Positions 1 to 12,100 of a DNA stretch of 64,000 bases are shown piece by piece. Within the stretch, counting starts at the first letter, position 1, and every line of letters begins with the position of its first letter. Origin of the DNA: Catajapyx aquilonaris (Eukaryota); NCBI GenBank assembly GCA_000934665.2, contig KZ538149.1:1-64000 (forward strand), in the 5' to 3' direction. Both the position numbers and the translations under genes were made by a program. The notes beneath the pieces were generated by a model. It was not told the DNA's origin and ran no database searches. It worked only from the letters and a program-made list of their open reading frames with translations.

Positions 1-1481
1 ACAAAAATGTTGATTTTTGTTACATATTGTAATTATTATAAATGCCTCCTGTCGGGCATTAAAACCCCTAATTAGTTAAGATACTATGTGTGCAAGAGGA
101 GCCATGACATTGCAATAGTAGGGGCTCTGTTCCCCAACACCCTATTTGTGTGCATTTATAGCCCTTTTCCTCTTTTCCACATCTCGACTGGCTGCATTTC
201 CAGGGTGTGCATATTGTTCTGTGCTTGTGCAAGTGAAATCAGTTGGCTACCTACTGGGGCATCTCATTGACTGACTTTGTACATTTTATGTCGTTATTCC
301 AACATGATCCTGCCCTGGGCCTCAGACAAGCTCTGCAGGGCCCTGTATTTGTCCATGGAAATTCATCGTCATATTCGTGTTCCTTAGGTCACAGGTAACT
401 CATAATGGGCGTTCATTTTGTCTTTGATTTGTTTTTGACCTCGGGGCAGTCAAAAAACCAAATTTCTCAAATATAGCAGTTTTTCCCCAATCAAGTGGGC
501 CAAAATGTTGCTAAACCATCTAGGATTTTTCTGAAAATAATCACAGCTGTACACACCTATGCCGTAACACTGCATATCAAGTTTCAGCCAAATTGCGAAA
601 TACCATGGGAGGGAAAAAATCGCGAAATTTTGAAAATGGGGTCTTTTTTTGGATAATTTTTTCCGGTTATTGGAAGTGGTCAAAACCCAATCAACACATA
701 TACATAAAATGAAGTAGAAACACGAGTGGAATGCGCTTATGGAATTTGATTTATACAAAAATGCACCCACAATAACATGTGGCATTTCATCAGTCACATG
801 TCCAAGAACTTGGCTCCACTAAAATTAATGGTCATTTGGCAAACATATCTATTATTTTCTCGCGACCCATGCATGACCCAGGATTGAAACCGAACATATT
901 TAATCTTGTATGGGTCACAACCCCTGTTACCCAAATATGGCTGCTCTTACTAAATACGTCACTAATTTTTGGGGTCTAAACACTTGGACATGTTACTGAG
1001 CATGTGACCGATGGAATGCCTCACATGTTTTTGTGAGTGCATTTTAGAGAAAACAAAATTCCACAAGCGCATTCTACTGGTGTTTTTCCTTCATTTGATA
1101 TATATGATGATTGAATTTTGACCACTTCCAATAACCGAAAAAAATTATCCAAAAAGGCCCCATTTCCAAAGTTTCGCGCTCTTTTTCCTCCCACGATATT
1201 TAGCAATTTGGCTCAAACTTATATGAAGTGTTACGGCATAGGTGTGTACAGCTGTGATTATTTTCAGAAAAATCCGAGATGGTCTAGCAACATTTAGGCC
1301 CACTTTATTGGGAAAAACATGCTATTTTATTTGAGTATTTTGGTTTTTTGACTGCCCCGAGGTCAAAAACAAATCAAAGACCAAATGAATGCCCATTATG
1401 AGTTACTTGTGACCCAATGAACACGAATAATTATGATGATGAATTTCCATGGGCAAAAAAGTCAAATTTTGTTGCATAGTG
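1..1481. mobile_element. Foldback MITE, Chapaev3-like (copy 1); left terminus probably just outside the window; interrupted at ~21-345
   Basis: Arm ~348-810 is the reverse complement of ~1000-1455. Right end TTTTGTTGCATAGTG|TTA. Homologous to 5858-7020. The interrupting segment ends in a hAT-like ...CAGGGCCCTG. Confidence 0.8.
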
Positions 1482-2189
1482 TTATTATTAAGCAAAATAT
1501 AAGCTTCAATCGAGTTAAATTTAATTCCAAGTTTTAGAGCTCTTTCAGTGTCACCCGTATAATCGTCACTACTTGCTTACGCATATAACCACAGAGATGA
1601 TCCAGATATTATATTTCCACTCGGTTTAACAGTGTGTTTAAAACTAACCTAAAATTAGATCGGAGGCATGACTCGATGCCATTAACTTCCGACATTTTGT
1701 TCCAGCCCCTACAGGCCACTTGGCAGGACCAAAAGTATGCTCACGTATCGCCATACCGCTATAATTATATTGCTGTTAGTTGACAGCATGCGAGAAACAA
1801 AAAGTACCCTGCTTCGGGACGCTGGCCTCATTAGGTCCAGAAACAGTATTTAACTACGGCAGTGTTAAAGAGATGGGTCTGCACTAATAAACTATTTTGA
1901 GTAGAAAGGGTTTCTAAATAATTTGAGCAAATTCCATTCCTAGATCAATCAATGCATTAACATGGAACTGAAACCTGTTCCTTGGGTAATTTATGTAGCC
2001 TAGGTGTGAGTAATTCCCCTGGTGAAATTCCAAATGCAAGAAGCAATATGGTGCTCAATATGCGATGCAACAACTGGGCTAACAAAAATGGTTGCCCATG
2101 CAGTCGTGAGTATATTGCAGCAGGTACTGCACACTTGAATAGTGTACAGGCCATTATTTATTTACATTCACTGTGATGAGCCTATAGTA

Positions 2190-2301
2190 CAGTGCTGGAC
2201 ATATTAGCAGTCCCTAATGTTAATATTTTTCAGCATTGGCAGCGCTGGCGTTACCTGGCAACTAAGTAAACATTCAGGGCCTGCTAATATGTCCATCACT
2301 G
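2190..2301. mobile_element. Small Tc1/mariner-type hairpin MITE
   Basis: TA|CAGTGCTGGACATATTAGCAG...CTGCTAATATGTCCATCACTG|TA. Confidence 0.75.
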
Positions 2302-2543
2302 TACAGACCATAATAATATTACAGTACATGGTCCAGCTCATACATCATATTAAGTACATATGATAATATTATGCACCGGTGAACAAAAAAATGTGCTCTA
2401 CATATCAGTATTACGAGCCATCACGTGCAAGTCATCAACATAATAAAGTATTCCGATTGAATGAATGATTATGTTGCCAGTTTCACACATCTCATGACTG
2501 AGATTACGTGACAGCGTATTATATGCGTAATAATAAGCAAATA

Positions 2544-2950
2544 TACGAGGGCTAATCGGAAAATAAGTTTTGCGATGCTACAGTTTCGACGCCATGTGAC
2601 GGACAGGGTAAAATCGAGCAGGGGCAGGACGTTGATCCTTCCTCTACTTTATAGGACGGGTAGGCGCCTTCTTGCAACTTCTGCGCAGGCGCGGCAGCCG
2701 TTGGATGAGGCCGAGTGGCGTGCCGACCGTGCCCGCCCGAATTCCGCCAGTAAAAATCATGCCAGACAGAAAGTGTTGCTCACATTGACTAAAACTGAAG
2801 TTAGGACGCTTAAGGACACTGTCGGTAATGGTCGTGGCCGGAAGTTCGTATCTATGGTTGTCCTTCACGCTCGAGAGCTTATTCCGAAATTGCTGGCACC
2901 ATATAGCTGCACGATTTGCTCAGACATGACATCTCCGGACCATACACGCC
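2544..2950 (+). pseudogene. Highly decayed mariner-like transposon relic
   Basis: TACGAGGGCTAATCGGAAAATAAG resembles a mariner TIR. The downstream frame (..VVLHA..LAPYS..SD) loosely echoes VLLHDNA/HPPYSPDLAPSD. Confidence 0.35.
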
Positions 2951-3041
2951 ACTAGCCAGCGATGAATGTCGTTATGTAACAACATGTCAAATGTAGACCA
3001 CTGGTAGCGAACATCTGTCCTAACTTCTGGCTTAGTTCATG

Positions 3042-3269
3042 CAGTGGCGGATTTAGGGGGGAGGGGGGGCATAGCTCCCCCCGAGGGGAAAAAAAAGAGA
3101 AAAAACCGGTGGAAAACTCGCAAAAACCCTCTAGAACAACGCAATTTTGCGGTCGTTGACTCCAAAGGGGTCGCGAGGAAGGGTTGTGACCTTGAACCGA
3201 AAAAATTTCGCATGCGGCGGGCCCTGATCACCCCCCCCCCCCCCAGAAAAATTCCTGGATCCGCCACTG
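3042..3269. mobile_element. hAT MITE
   Basis: TIR CAGTGGCGGAT/ATCCGCCACTG; perfect 8-bp TSD AGTTCATG. Confidence 0.9.
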
Positions 3270-4963
3270 AGTTCATGTGACCAACACTCTCTGTCTGGCA
3301 TGACTTTTCATGGCGGAATGGGGGCCGGCACGCTTAGGTCGCCAAGGTCTCGTCCAACGGCTGCCGCGCCTGGGCAGAAGTTGCAAGAAGGCGCCTATCC
3401 GTCCTATAAAGTAGAGGAAGGATCAACGTATCTGCCTATGCTAGTTTTTACCCTGTCCGTCGCATGGCGTCGAGACTGTAGCATCACAAAACTTATTTTC
3501 CGATTAGGCCTCATAGGTTACGTACGGTATATTTTAACATTCAAAATTTCACAATATATCCATTCCGTACAATTAAGTTCTTCTTTCAAGAAGCAGACTT
3601 TTATTGATATTCGATAGGACTTTTCAACAGCCAACGATTGCAATGTATCGGTTTTGAAAGAGTACCGGTATATAATGAACTCGACTCGTTGTCTGGAGAG
3701 GAATGAGTGCATGCTAGAGTAAGACAAAGCCAGTGTGTCGTTCCGACATTTTGTCAAGTTTAGTAAAAGTTGTGAATAGTTTGATGAGAGTTACCCGGAA
3801 GCATGCCTGTTGCAGCAGTTCCAGCACTTTCCGAAACGTCGTCTGCAGAGTACAACGGCGGCTCCTGTTCAAACTTTACAACAGCCAAGTTAGTTATGGT
3901 GGGAAGTTAGTTCATGTGTATGGCTTTTAATAATGGAGGCCACCATTAGTTTCTTTCTAAACAGTAAATTGCATAGCTTCCCTCAATTAATTCCACCTGG
4001 CGGGAGGCAACGCTCAAGTGGTCAGACGGGGAATGGACTATCTTGAAGTAGGCCTACAGAAGTATTGTCATTTGCAAACAGACAGTGCTGCGCAGTTTGA
4101 ATAAGGGCTAACTAAAATGAAGGTTCCGTCATCAGTATTTGCAAAGTAGAAAAGCCGAGAGAGCCAAGTTGTAATGGGGCAATCTAATTTGGACGCGAAA
4201 CCAATAACCATTGTGCGGAGGGTTGGTCGAATAATGTCCCTCGGCGAAAAGTCGTTTCTCAAGCGGAATCATATTGCGCCGAGGTGGAGATTAGGATCAA
4301 TAAAAGGCAGCATGCATAATTACACGGCGGATCTCGTGTTGCAACAAATGGGCTAAGTGCAAAGTGCCGTCTGGAAGCACCTGCTCCTACATTACCTGCC
4401 GTTTTGTCTAGCTAAGGACATACCGTCGGATTCTTGCTCGAATCACTTCCACTGGTTGCCTGAGTATATTGGGGAATCTAATTAGCCTCTGTACAATGTA
4501 CTGTTTACTGTCCAATGGAAGGGAATTTTCCAGCCAGAAATTTATATAGACAAGCACTATCTTCAAACAATATTTGCGTTGCTGTTGCGTCAGTCAATTA
4601 TTCCGCACAGCCTGCTCCGTCCAAGGGAGCAGAAAATTTGTGAATTGACATTGCAATATTATTGTAGTGGACGAGCCATATTTTACATCATCAGAATGCC
4701 AACCAGTCACATGGAATGGCAACTTCATGAGTGTTGTTCTCGTCAGTATTACCTGCCCTAGTGCATAATAATTCATTCAACCTAATGCCGTGTAGGCCTA
4801 TATGTATATGTATTTTTATGGTGAGTGTGCTATATGTTTGGACAAAAAGGACCCCCGGTGAACATTTTTCTTCTTGAGCTAAGGAGGAAGAGGATCAGGT
4901 GGACTATGAAGTGGCATCTTGATCCCCTAGTTACGGATTTGACACAAAATTGGGGCCTACTAA

Positions 4964-5264
4964 AGGCCTGTCCAGACGTCCAAGAAAACTCGTGCAGGAG
5001 TTTCCCAAGGAGCCTGGCAGCGGAGCACCTAAGGGAAGGATCTAGTGTCATGTGGCAGGCCGGGCCTGTTGAGAACAGCCTAAGAATTTTCAGCTCCTCT
5101 CTCGAGCTACCAGGATGATGTCGACTCAATCGTTGTGGAACCAGAAATTTTCTCAGCAGGCAGGGTCTGTCGAATGGCCCTAGATCTTTCCTTGCCCTCT
5201 GGGTGCTCCGTCGGAAGGTACTCAGGCAACTCGTGCAAGTTTTCTTGGACGTCTGGACAGGCCA
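4964..5264. mobile_element. PIF/Harbinger-like MITE
   Basis: TIR GGCCTGTCCAGACGTCCAAGAAAACT and its reverse complement; flanks TAA/TTA. Confidence 0.75.
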
Positions 5265-5857
5265 TTACGCTACATTATGTCAGAGGTGATGGACGCTAGT
5301 GTTCTCAGGTTAGGTTATTTTTTCCAACATGACTGCCTAACCTTCTTAAAGTTCGAAACAACGCAGATTGTAATACTGGGAACAATTGAGATGTACTGAC
5401 TGTGAATGTGCAGTAATATTAATATATATGCAAAAAATGCTATAAATTTTACTGCGATAGAGATAATGTGCTATATCTCCATCTTTCGACAAAAGATAAA
5501 ATAATCTCTCATAAATAAAACGCTAGTGAAATCGAATTACGAAATGTGTGGCAGTTGCTGTACAAGGAAATGCTATAAAAGTTCTATTTCACAAATTATC
5601 GTAGATTATTTAGCACTTGCGTAAGTACACCAACACGGCCTTTGGTGAGATATTCCCCCATTACATTTCACTGTACTGTACATACGAGGACTGTTCAAGA
5701 AAAACTTTCGCTGAAAATTACAGTCTCATTACAAAGTTCCCTTCTGTTCATGTCATAAATTATCCGATAATAATTCAAAATGTTGTTTTCATAATGTAAA
5801 TTTCCAACCACTATGTCTGGACTGCACCCACTGATGTATACAGTAGGCTAGTTATAA

Positions 5858-7020
5858 CACTATACAACACGATATTTGTCCATGGAAAGTCATTGCTATT
5901 TCCATGTTCCTTAGGTCATTCGTAACTCATATTGAGAATTCATTTGGTCTTTGATTTGTTTTTGACCTCGGGGCAGTCAAAAAATTAAAATCCTCAAATA
6001 TTGCAGTTTTTCCCCAATCAAGTGGGCCTAAATGTTGCTAGACCATCTAGGATTTTTCTGAAAATAATCACAGCTGCACACACCTATGCCGTAACACTGC
6101 ATATCAAGTTTCAGCCAAATTGCGAAATACCGTGGGGAGGGAAGAAATCGCGAAATTTTGAAAATCTGGCCTTTTTTGGATAATTTTTTTCGGTTATTGG
6201 AAGTGGTCAAAATCCTATCAACATAGACATCAAATGAAAGAGAAACGCGAATGGAATGCGGCTATGGAATTTGATTTTGTCAAAAATGCACTCAGAAAAA
6301 CATGTGTGGCATTTCATCAATCACATGTCCAAGAATTTGGCTCCATTAAAGTAAATGGTAATTCGGCAAACATATCTATTATTTTCTCGCGAGCCATGCA
6401 TGACCCAGGATTCAAACTGAACATATTGAATCTTGTATGGGTCCCAACTCCTATCACCAAATAATATGGCTGCTCTTACGCAAAATAATACACCACTAAT
6501 TTTTTGGGGTCTAAACACTTGGACATGTTACGGATCATGTGACCGATGGAATGCCACACATGTTTTTCTGGGTGCATTTTCGAGAGAAAATAATTCCATA
6601 TGCGCATTCCACTCGCGTTTATCTTTCATTTGATATATTTGTTGATTGGGTTTTGACCACTTCCAATAACCGAAAAAGAATATCCAAAAAGGCCCCATTT
6701 CCAAAATGTCGCGATTTTTTCCCCTCCCCACGGTATTTCGCAATTTGGCTGAAACTTGATATGCAGTGTTACGGCATAGGTGTGTACACTACAGCTTTGA
6801 TTATTTTCAGAAATATCCGAGATGGCCTAGCAACATTTAGGCCCACTTTATTGGGAAAAGCATGCTATATTATTTCGAAGATTTTGGTTTTTTGACTGCC
6901 CCGAGGTCAATAACAAATCAAAGACAAAATGAATGCCCATTTGAGTTACTTGTGACCCAAGGAACACGAATGTGACGATGAATATTTATGGACAAAAAAG
7001 TCAAATTTTGTTGCATAGTG
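5858..7020. mobile_element. Foldback MITE, Chapaev3-like (copy 2)
   Basis: TAA|CACTATACAAC...GTTGCATAGTG|TAA: CAC...GTG termini with a 3-bp TWA TSD. Nearly the whole 1.16 kb is an imperfect palindrome. Confidence 0.85.
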
Positions 7021-7689
7021 TAATTTCCAGATTAATAATATTCGTATATGTTTCATAATAATCTGTGAAACAGAGGATTAATGGATATAGTTGCAACAAA
7101 ACATCCTATTCGAATCTTAGACGACCATCATACTATTTATGCCGCAGTTGTCCAACAATGCACTCTTATGTGGATTAAAATATATTCCTTGAACAATTAC
7201 GTGAAGCACCGATTTATATTCTGACCGAGAAAAGTCAAAATCCATTACATAACAATTTCATTGGGAGCAATATTTCCAAGTTGTCCTGAACTCTATACCT
7301 CGTCTCTTTATTGATATCCTTGTATACAAGGAGAGGAAAGCAATTATTTTAAGTGCTAGCTTGTGCTAGTCAATCTGAGCACTGCAATATTGCGCCATGG
7401 CACTATGTATACACAGTTGACAAAAGCGGCTTCTTGTGGAGGAAAGCATTTATGACAGAAAGTCCTCGAAAATGCCGGACTCCCAGCAGGTAGAGTTTTT
7501 TTGCTTGGAATTCACAGTACTTGAGTGGAAATACAGAATGTAAACAGCCGATGTTTTCTATCATTGTTGAGAGCAAGGAATAGTACAGCGTAAGTTACTC
7601 TTGAACAGCCTTTGTATGAACAGTTCAAATGAGCATTTACATAATATGACAGATAAAATAATCTTGAAAAATGGGATAGTCTAGCTTAC

Positions 7690-7887
7690 CACATCGATGA
7701 GCTGGGATAGTTTCAGCTTAATCTTGACAGTGAGGGCATCGGTGACATTGACCACAGGTCTCACCAGTTTGTTGTAGTTGGACAGAAGGTCATCGTAGAG
7801 GCGTTTTGCGTCAGGATTTCCTGCCGATCCTGCACGCCACAACAGGACAAACAAGAACGATGTTGAGATGACGTGAAAAGAACGCAT
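7690..7887 (-). CDS. nAChRalpha3: Nicotinic acetylcholine receptor alpha subunit (alpha3-like), first coding exon: signal peptide and start of the extracellular domain
   Basis: ATG at 7887 gives 66 codons [66 protein letters not shown], the hallmark insect nAChR alpha N-terminus. From recall, VNVTDALTV fits alpha3 better than alpha4 (VNTTDVL). Phase-0 donor GTG|GTAAGC at 7689. In-frame TGA at 7938-7936 upstream. Confidence 0.93.
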
Positions 7888-8270
7888 TTCACTCTTGTTG
7901 CAGTTTGTATCTTCGTCAGAAATAAATGCAATCAATCAAAAGTTAATTATGTTCGGAACATGTTCTGATTGCACTTCAAGCACATTTCTTCACACTTCTC
8001 CAGCACAAACATTCTCTCCTGGACAGTCACATAAGTATATGGTCCTGTAAAATGAGCACTTGGGAGTATGAAAATCCCTGCATTCACTGAATAATGTTCC
8101 GCTGCTGGCCAATTGGCAGCCACCGACTAAAACGAACGCGGTTTTCCGCCTGAATTCGATTTCTCCTTGGGATACGTGGTGCCTCCTGCATGCCAAATGC
8201 TGTATATTAGGGCAACAAGTTTCGCTTTCGAAACAGTTCACGTCTAGTGGGCTACTACTGAAGAAATCTA
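7888..8270 (-). other. Probable 5' UTR part of the same exon, opened by a splice acceptor at 8271-8273
   Basis: Minus strand reads TCTTTATTTTATTTTCCCCCGTCCTATTTTGGCAG|TAG: a long polypyrimidine tract plus CAG. This implies a further non-coding exon to the right. Confidence 0.55.
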
Positions 8271-8976
8271 CTGCCAAAATAGGACGGGGGAAAATAAAAT
8301 AAAGATCACTATTTTATCGTGTAATGTATCTGCGCGAATCTGAAGTTCGGATGTCAGTTGAGTCGAACACCCTGCTGTGGGCATGCTAAAGACCTGGTTC
8401 TTGTGCCCCTGCATGTAAACCTAAAATATCTAAAAGGCGTGCTATTGAAGGTCTTCATGTCAAAATCAGTTCATGCCTCGGTGAAGTCACCTTCAATTTT
8501 GGCCTGAAATAGTAAGCTACATATCGTTGGAAAGTACTACACATAAGAGCCGGTTGTAGCACATCTCTAATTGTGGCGGGATTATTATTTAATATGAATA
8601 TAATTGAAAATTCCACCTGATTTGTTTTCATACTACCTGCATTAATGTGCTTTCCAGCGGTACATGTAACTCACTGTCATACTTTGACGTGAGGCGACAG
8701 AAGGGAATGAAAATGAGCTTCCGCAATATTTTTACCAATACTCATGTGCGCTAAACACGCGGTATATGCCAACCACTTCTTTTCAACTTTCAGCATATCA
8801 CCAACAAATACAAATTGTTCAATTTTCATCAAAAATTGATGCAATATTTTGTACTGTTAAGTTACCATTCATAGCTGATGGAATCTAATTATGATATGGC
8901 AACCATCCATTTTGGTATCATCAGAGTAGTACTGAATGCAATATGGAGGCATATCCGGAGTTAATTACGTGCCTTA

Positions 8977-9170
8977 AGGTCCATTCACATATCCGCTTTT
9001 GGCACATGAAGCGAACGATTTGGGGACTGTGGCCAGCAAAAAATTGGTTACAAACGGATAAGCAACCCTCGGCCTTATCACACCTTGCAGTTAGGGTTTT
9101 TTTGCAGCTCCCAGTCAGAAAATAGCTCGCTGTTAGTGCAAAATCTCGGAAAACTTATGTGAATGGGCCT
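8977..9170. mobile_element. PIF/Harbinger-like MITE
   Basis: TTA|AGGTCCATTCACATA...TATGTGAATGGGCCT|TTA. Confidence 0.8.
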
Positions 9171-12100
9171 TTATCCCGTGGAAAACAGAAGGGACAGAGA
9201 AAATAAGATACGAAACTCCTCGTATACCCAACAGCGGGTCTCTGAGCTATGAATAACTCATTCGAACTGTTCCCCGTACTCACCGCAGGGACGTTAAAAA
9301 AATTCAAGTTTAGTTTAGTGATGCCCAATTCCTACACGTTCTTTTGTATAAGCCCCGATCGGAGTTTAACTCTTGAGTTAGTGCGTGTCCTTCCTTCTTG
9401 AACGTCAACTATCAGTTAGTCAGCGCCGTTGCCGGATTGCTTTATCGTAACGGCCAGACCTTGGCAGTGTTCCTAACGGAAGAGAGTTTTCTATTGGCAC
9501 CAGTCACATGGTGGTTTGCAATCTCCCGTCTCTCCCGAATTCCGTCTGGTAGCTGGTAGTTTTACTAAATGGCGGAATTTAGCCAGAATTAACTCTTAAA
9601 CGCCGTACCACGCACGACTGAAGATGCATGAGGCAGCTGCTAGGGACGTACACCGTAACTTTTGGGGCCGAAATGCATGTTTTTACGGATAGGCCTATAT
9701 GCCGGAAAGTGGGGGACAAGCCCGGCCGAATTCCATCAGATAATCGAAGTGCAACCACTAAAACCGATCAGGTTTTTAATGCAAATGTATAGTTCTTTGT
9801 TGACCTTGCTAGTCAATAATTATTTTATATAAGTTAAGTAACAGGCAGCAGAATATTATCAAATAAATCTGGTACCTTCTACTTTGTAGCCAGACCTCAG
9901 AACACTGTCATATCACAACCTGTTATTTGTACATGAATGTCATTCTACTCTGTCCTCCTGCGGGTGATAATTTCGTGTTCGTTGCATAATGTCAGATAGA
10001 AGCGTGTCCCCACCACGCACCCTTTTTGACAGTCAGAAATCAGAGTGGACACACGACAACCGATTCGATTTAATTTAGTTAAAAGTGCCAGCCAACTTCG
10101 ACTCTCTATACCTACGCTCTCGTGCTAAGTAATCCGCATTGTTTCTAATTCCCTGAAAAGGCATGTCCCTAGCCATGTACGGATTCCGGAGGTAATAAAT
10201 AGCGCATAAAACGGCCTCAAAGTGTCAGCTGATTAGCCTCAGGCCGTAGCCCCTCTATTAAACCCCTCGCTTAACGTTAGCATATACCGCTGCATCCTAA
10301 TTACCGCATTACTCCCTCCCTTATCCATTGGACATCAACAATAATCAAGAAATCATTAGGACCAATCAGTAACCCTGAATACTTGACAATGTCGGGTAGC
10401 ACGTGGGATTATCACGTTCTTGATGTTCCCCCTCGCCCTTGCCATACCCCCTTACTGTCAGCCACTTCCGCAATTCGAAGGTCCCAGAGCTGCCATTTGT
10501 GTCCCCTACCCGTAAGACTTCCATAATTTTTGGGATCCTTTTCTCTGACCTCCAGACACTTCCTGGAAGAAAAATCCTTTACCTTCAAGCCCCCTACATT
10601 TATCTCACTTCACAAAGTCAAGCTCAAAAAGGAGCACTCCGGAGAATCCCCTGTGAATTTACCACGTGCACGTTGGCTGGAATATCGAACATGAATGAAC
10701 GAAGTGTTACAAAGATTCCTTCAATATGTAGCTAGGCATGTCCTGTATTGTTACGAAGAATATAATTATTCTGTCGCCTGTTTTTTTAAAATAATTATTC
10801 CTATAGGTTGTGCAAACGAGCACGCCCCTCGCCTAATCTTTCTCCATAATTATTACGCAACTCTGACCTTTTCCCATCCAAAAATATGGGCATACTTTTT
10901 TCCACATTCGCTGGCCAAAACCTGCAAAAATCAATTCAAAACTGGGCAACGATACGTGGGACGGAACTCGGTGATGATATTGGTGGGATTTCAAGCGCAA
11001 TTTGCCGCCAAATCACCCGGGACTGACAAAAAGTGCCGATATATCACGCTACTCTGGCCTTATGTAACGCGGACGCATGTCATCCTCTATACCTCCATAT
11101 AGTAACATTACAGCGTGTTGTGCTATTCTCCCCTTTCTCGTAGGAGAGTTATGTTACTTTTAGGGCTTGGCACTTATAGTCTCCTCATCTGTGTATACAT
11201 ATCGCTTTCCATGAGGGTTATGTGGTAATGTTATGGCATTTTCTATGATGAAATGATGACTTCGGCCCATTCAGTATGACTTACAAGTTTGACCTAAACC
11301 ATAAGTTAATATATTCCAAATAACTTTGAGCAAGTGAGTGGGATAATTGCGAACAGGCTGAATTTGGTACCAGTTGATATTCCCACATACTCGCTAGCTA
11401 TTGCACATACATATTCATATCATTCCATCGCTTTCCAATGCAAATCACGTTTGATTCATACTCCATCGCAAAATAATTCGAACCGCAGCCATAACATTTC
11501 CTTTCAGCCAACACTATTATCGGTCTTTGAATCGTGACTTTACATTTCAGAAATTCCAATTTAGTAAGGAGCATGCTACATATGGGTCTTGATTCGTTCT
11601 TGCAACAATTGAGCGAATATGGCAGGCACGATAAGATGATATTGATGATATTAGGGCATAGCACTTGTGCGACAGCTCTATGAATCAGAAACCCCCCACA
11701 ATTGGTTAATTAAACCGTCTAATTTATTTTCCGCATGGTGTTCAAATTAATGCGATGCGATTAATCGCTGCTAATTGCCCTGCACTGGCCTACTTCACCA
11801 TTCAGTTACGTTTCTTTTTTGTATGCGCTGGCGGGTGGGAAAGATGGAGTGACACAGCGATCCACTTCTAATGCATGGGGGCAAGTACAAAACCCATTCA
11901 ATTCCTGGCATTATACGTTATCATTTCTCATATACCACTACTCTTTTTTCATTCCCCTTGGAAACAATGATATTATAGACTGAAAATGGCCGAAGGCTTG
12001 GTGATTGTGTGTGCCATACTCATCACGATTTGGATTCGCGATTCTGTTCCCATATTGGCTTTTATGTACAAATTGTTATTATGGTGGAATCCTTACGTGT

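Noticed and set aside
450..6895. Repeated similar ORFs on both strands (..YFAIWLKLDMQCYGIGV..)
   Set aside because: Artefact of the palindromic MITE copies; frames are not conserved between arms.
5858..7020. Transib/RAG-like element (CACTATG resembles the RSS heptamer)
   Set aside because: The TSD is 3-bp TAA, not 5 bp, and there is no transposase. Chapaev3-like fits better.
1..7689. Next nAChR exon (expected NLKNQIMTTNLW..)
   Set aside because: No matching codons found by eye on the minus strand; it probably lies left of the window.
7888..7935. N-terminal extension [16 protein letters not shown] in the ORF track
   Set aside because: It starts at TTG; the ATG at 7887 gives a normal signal peptide.
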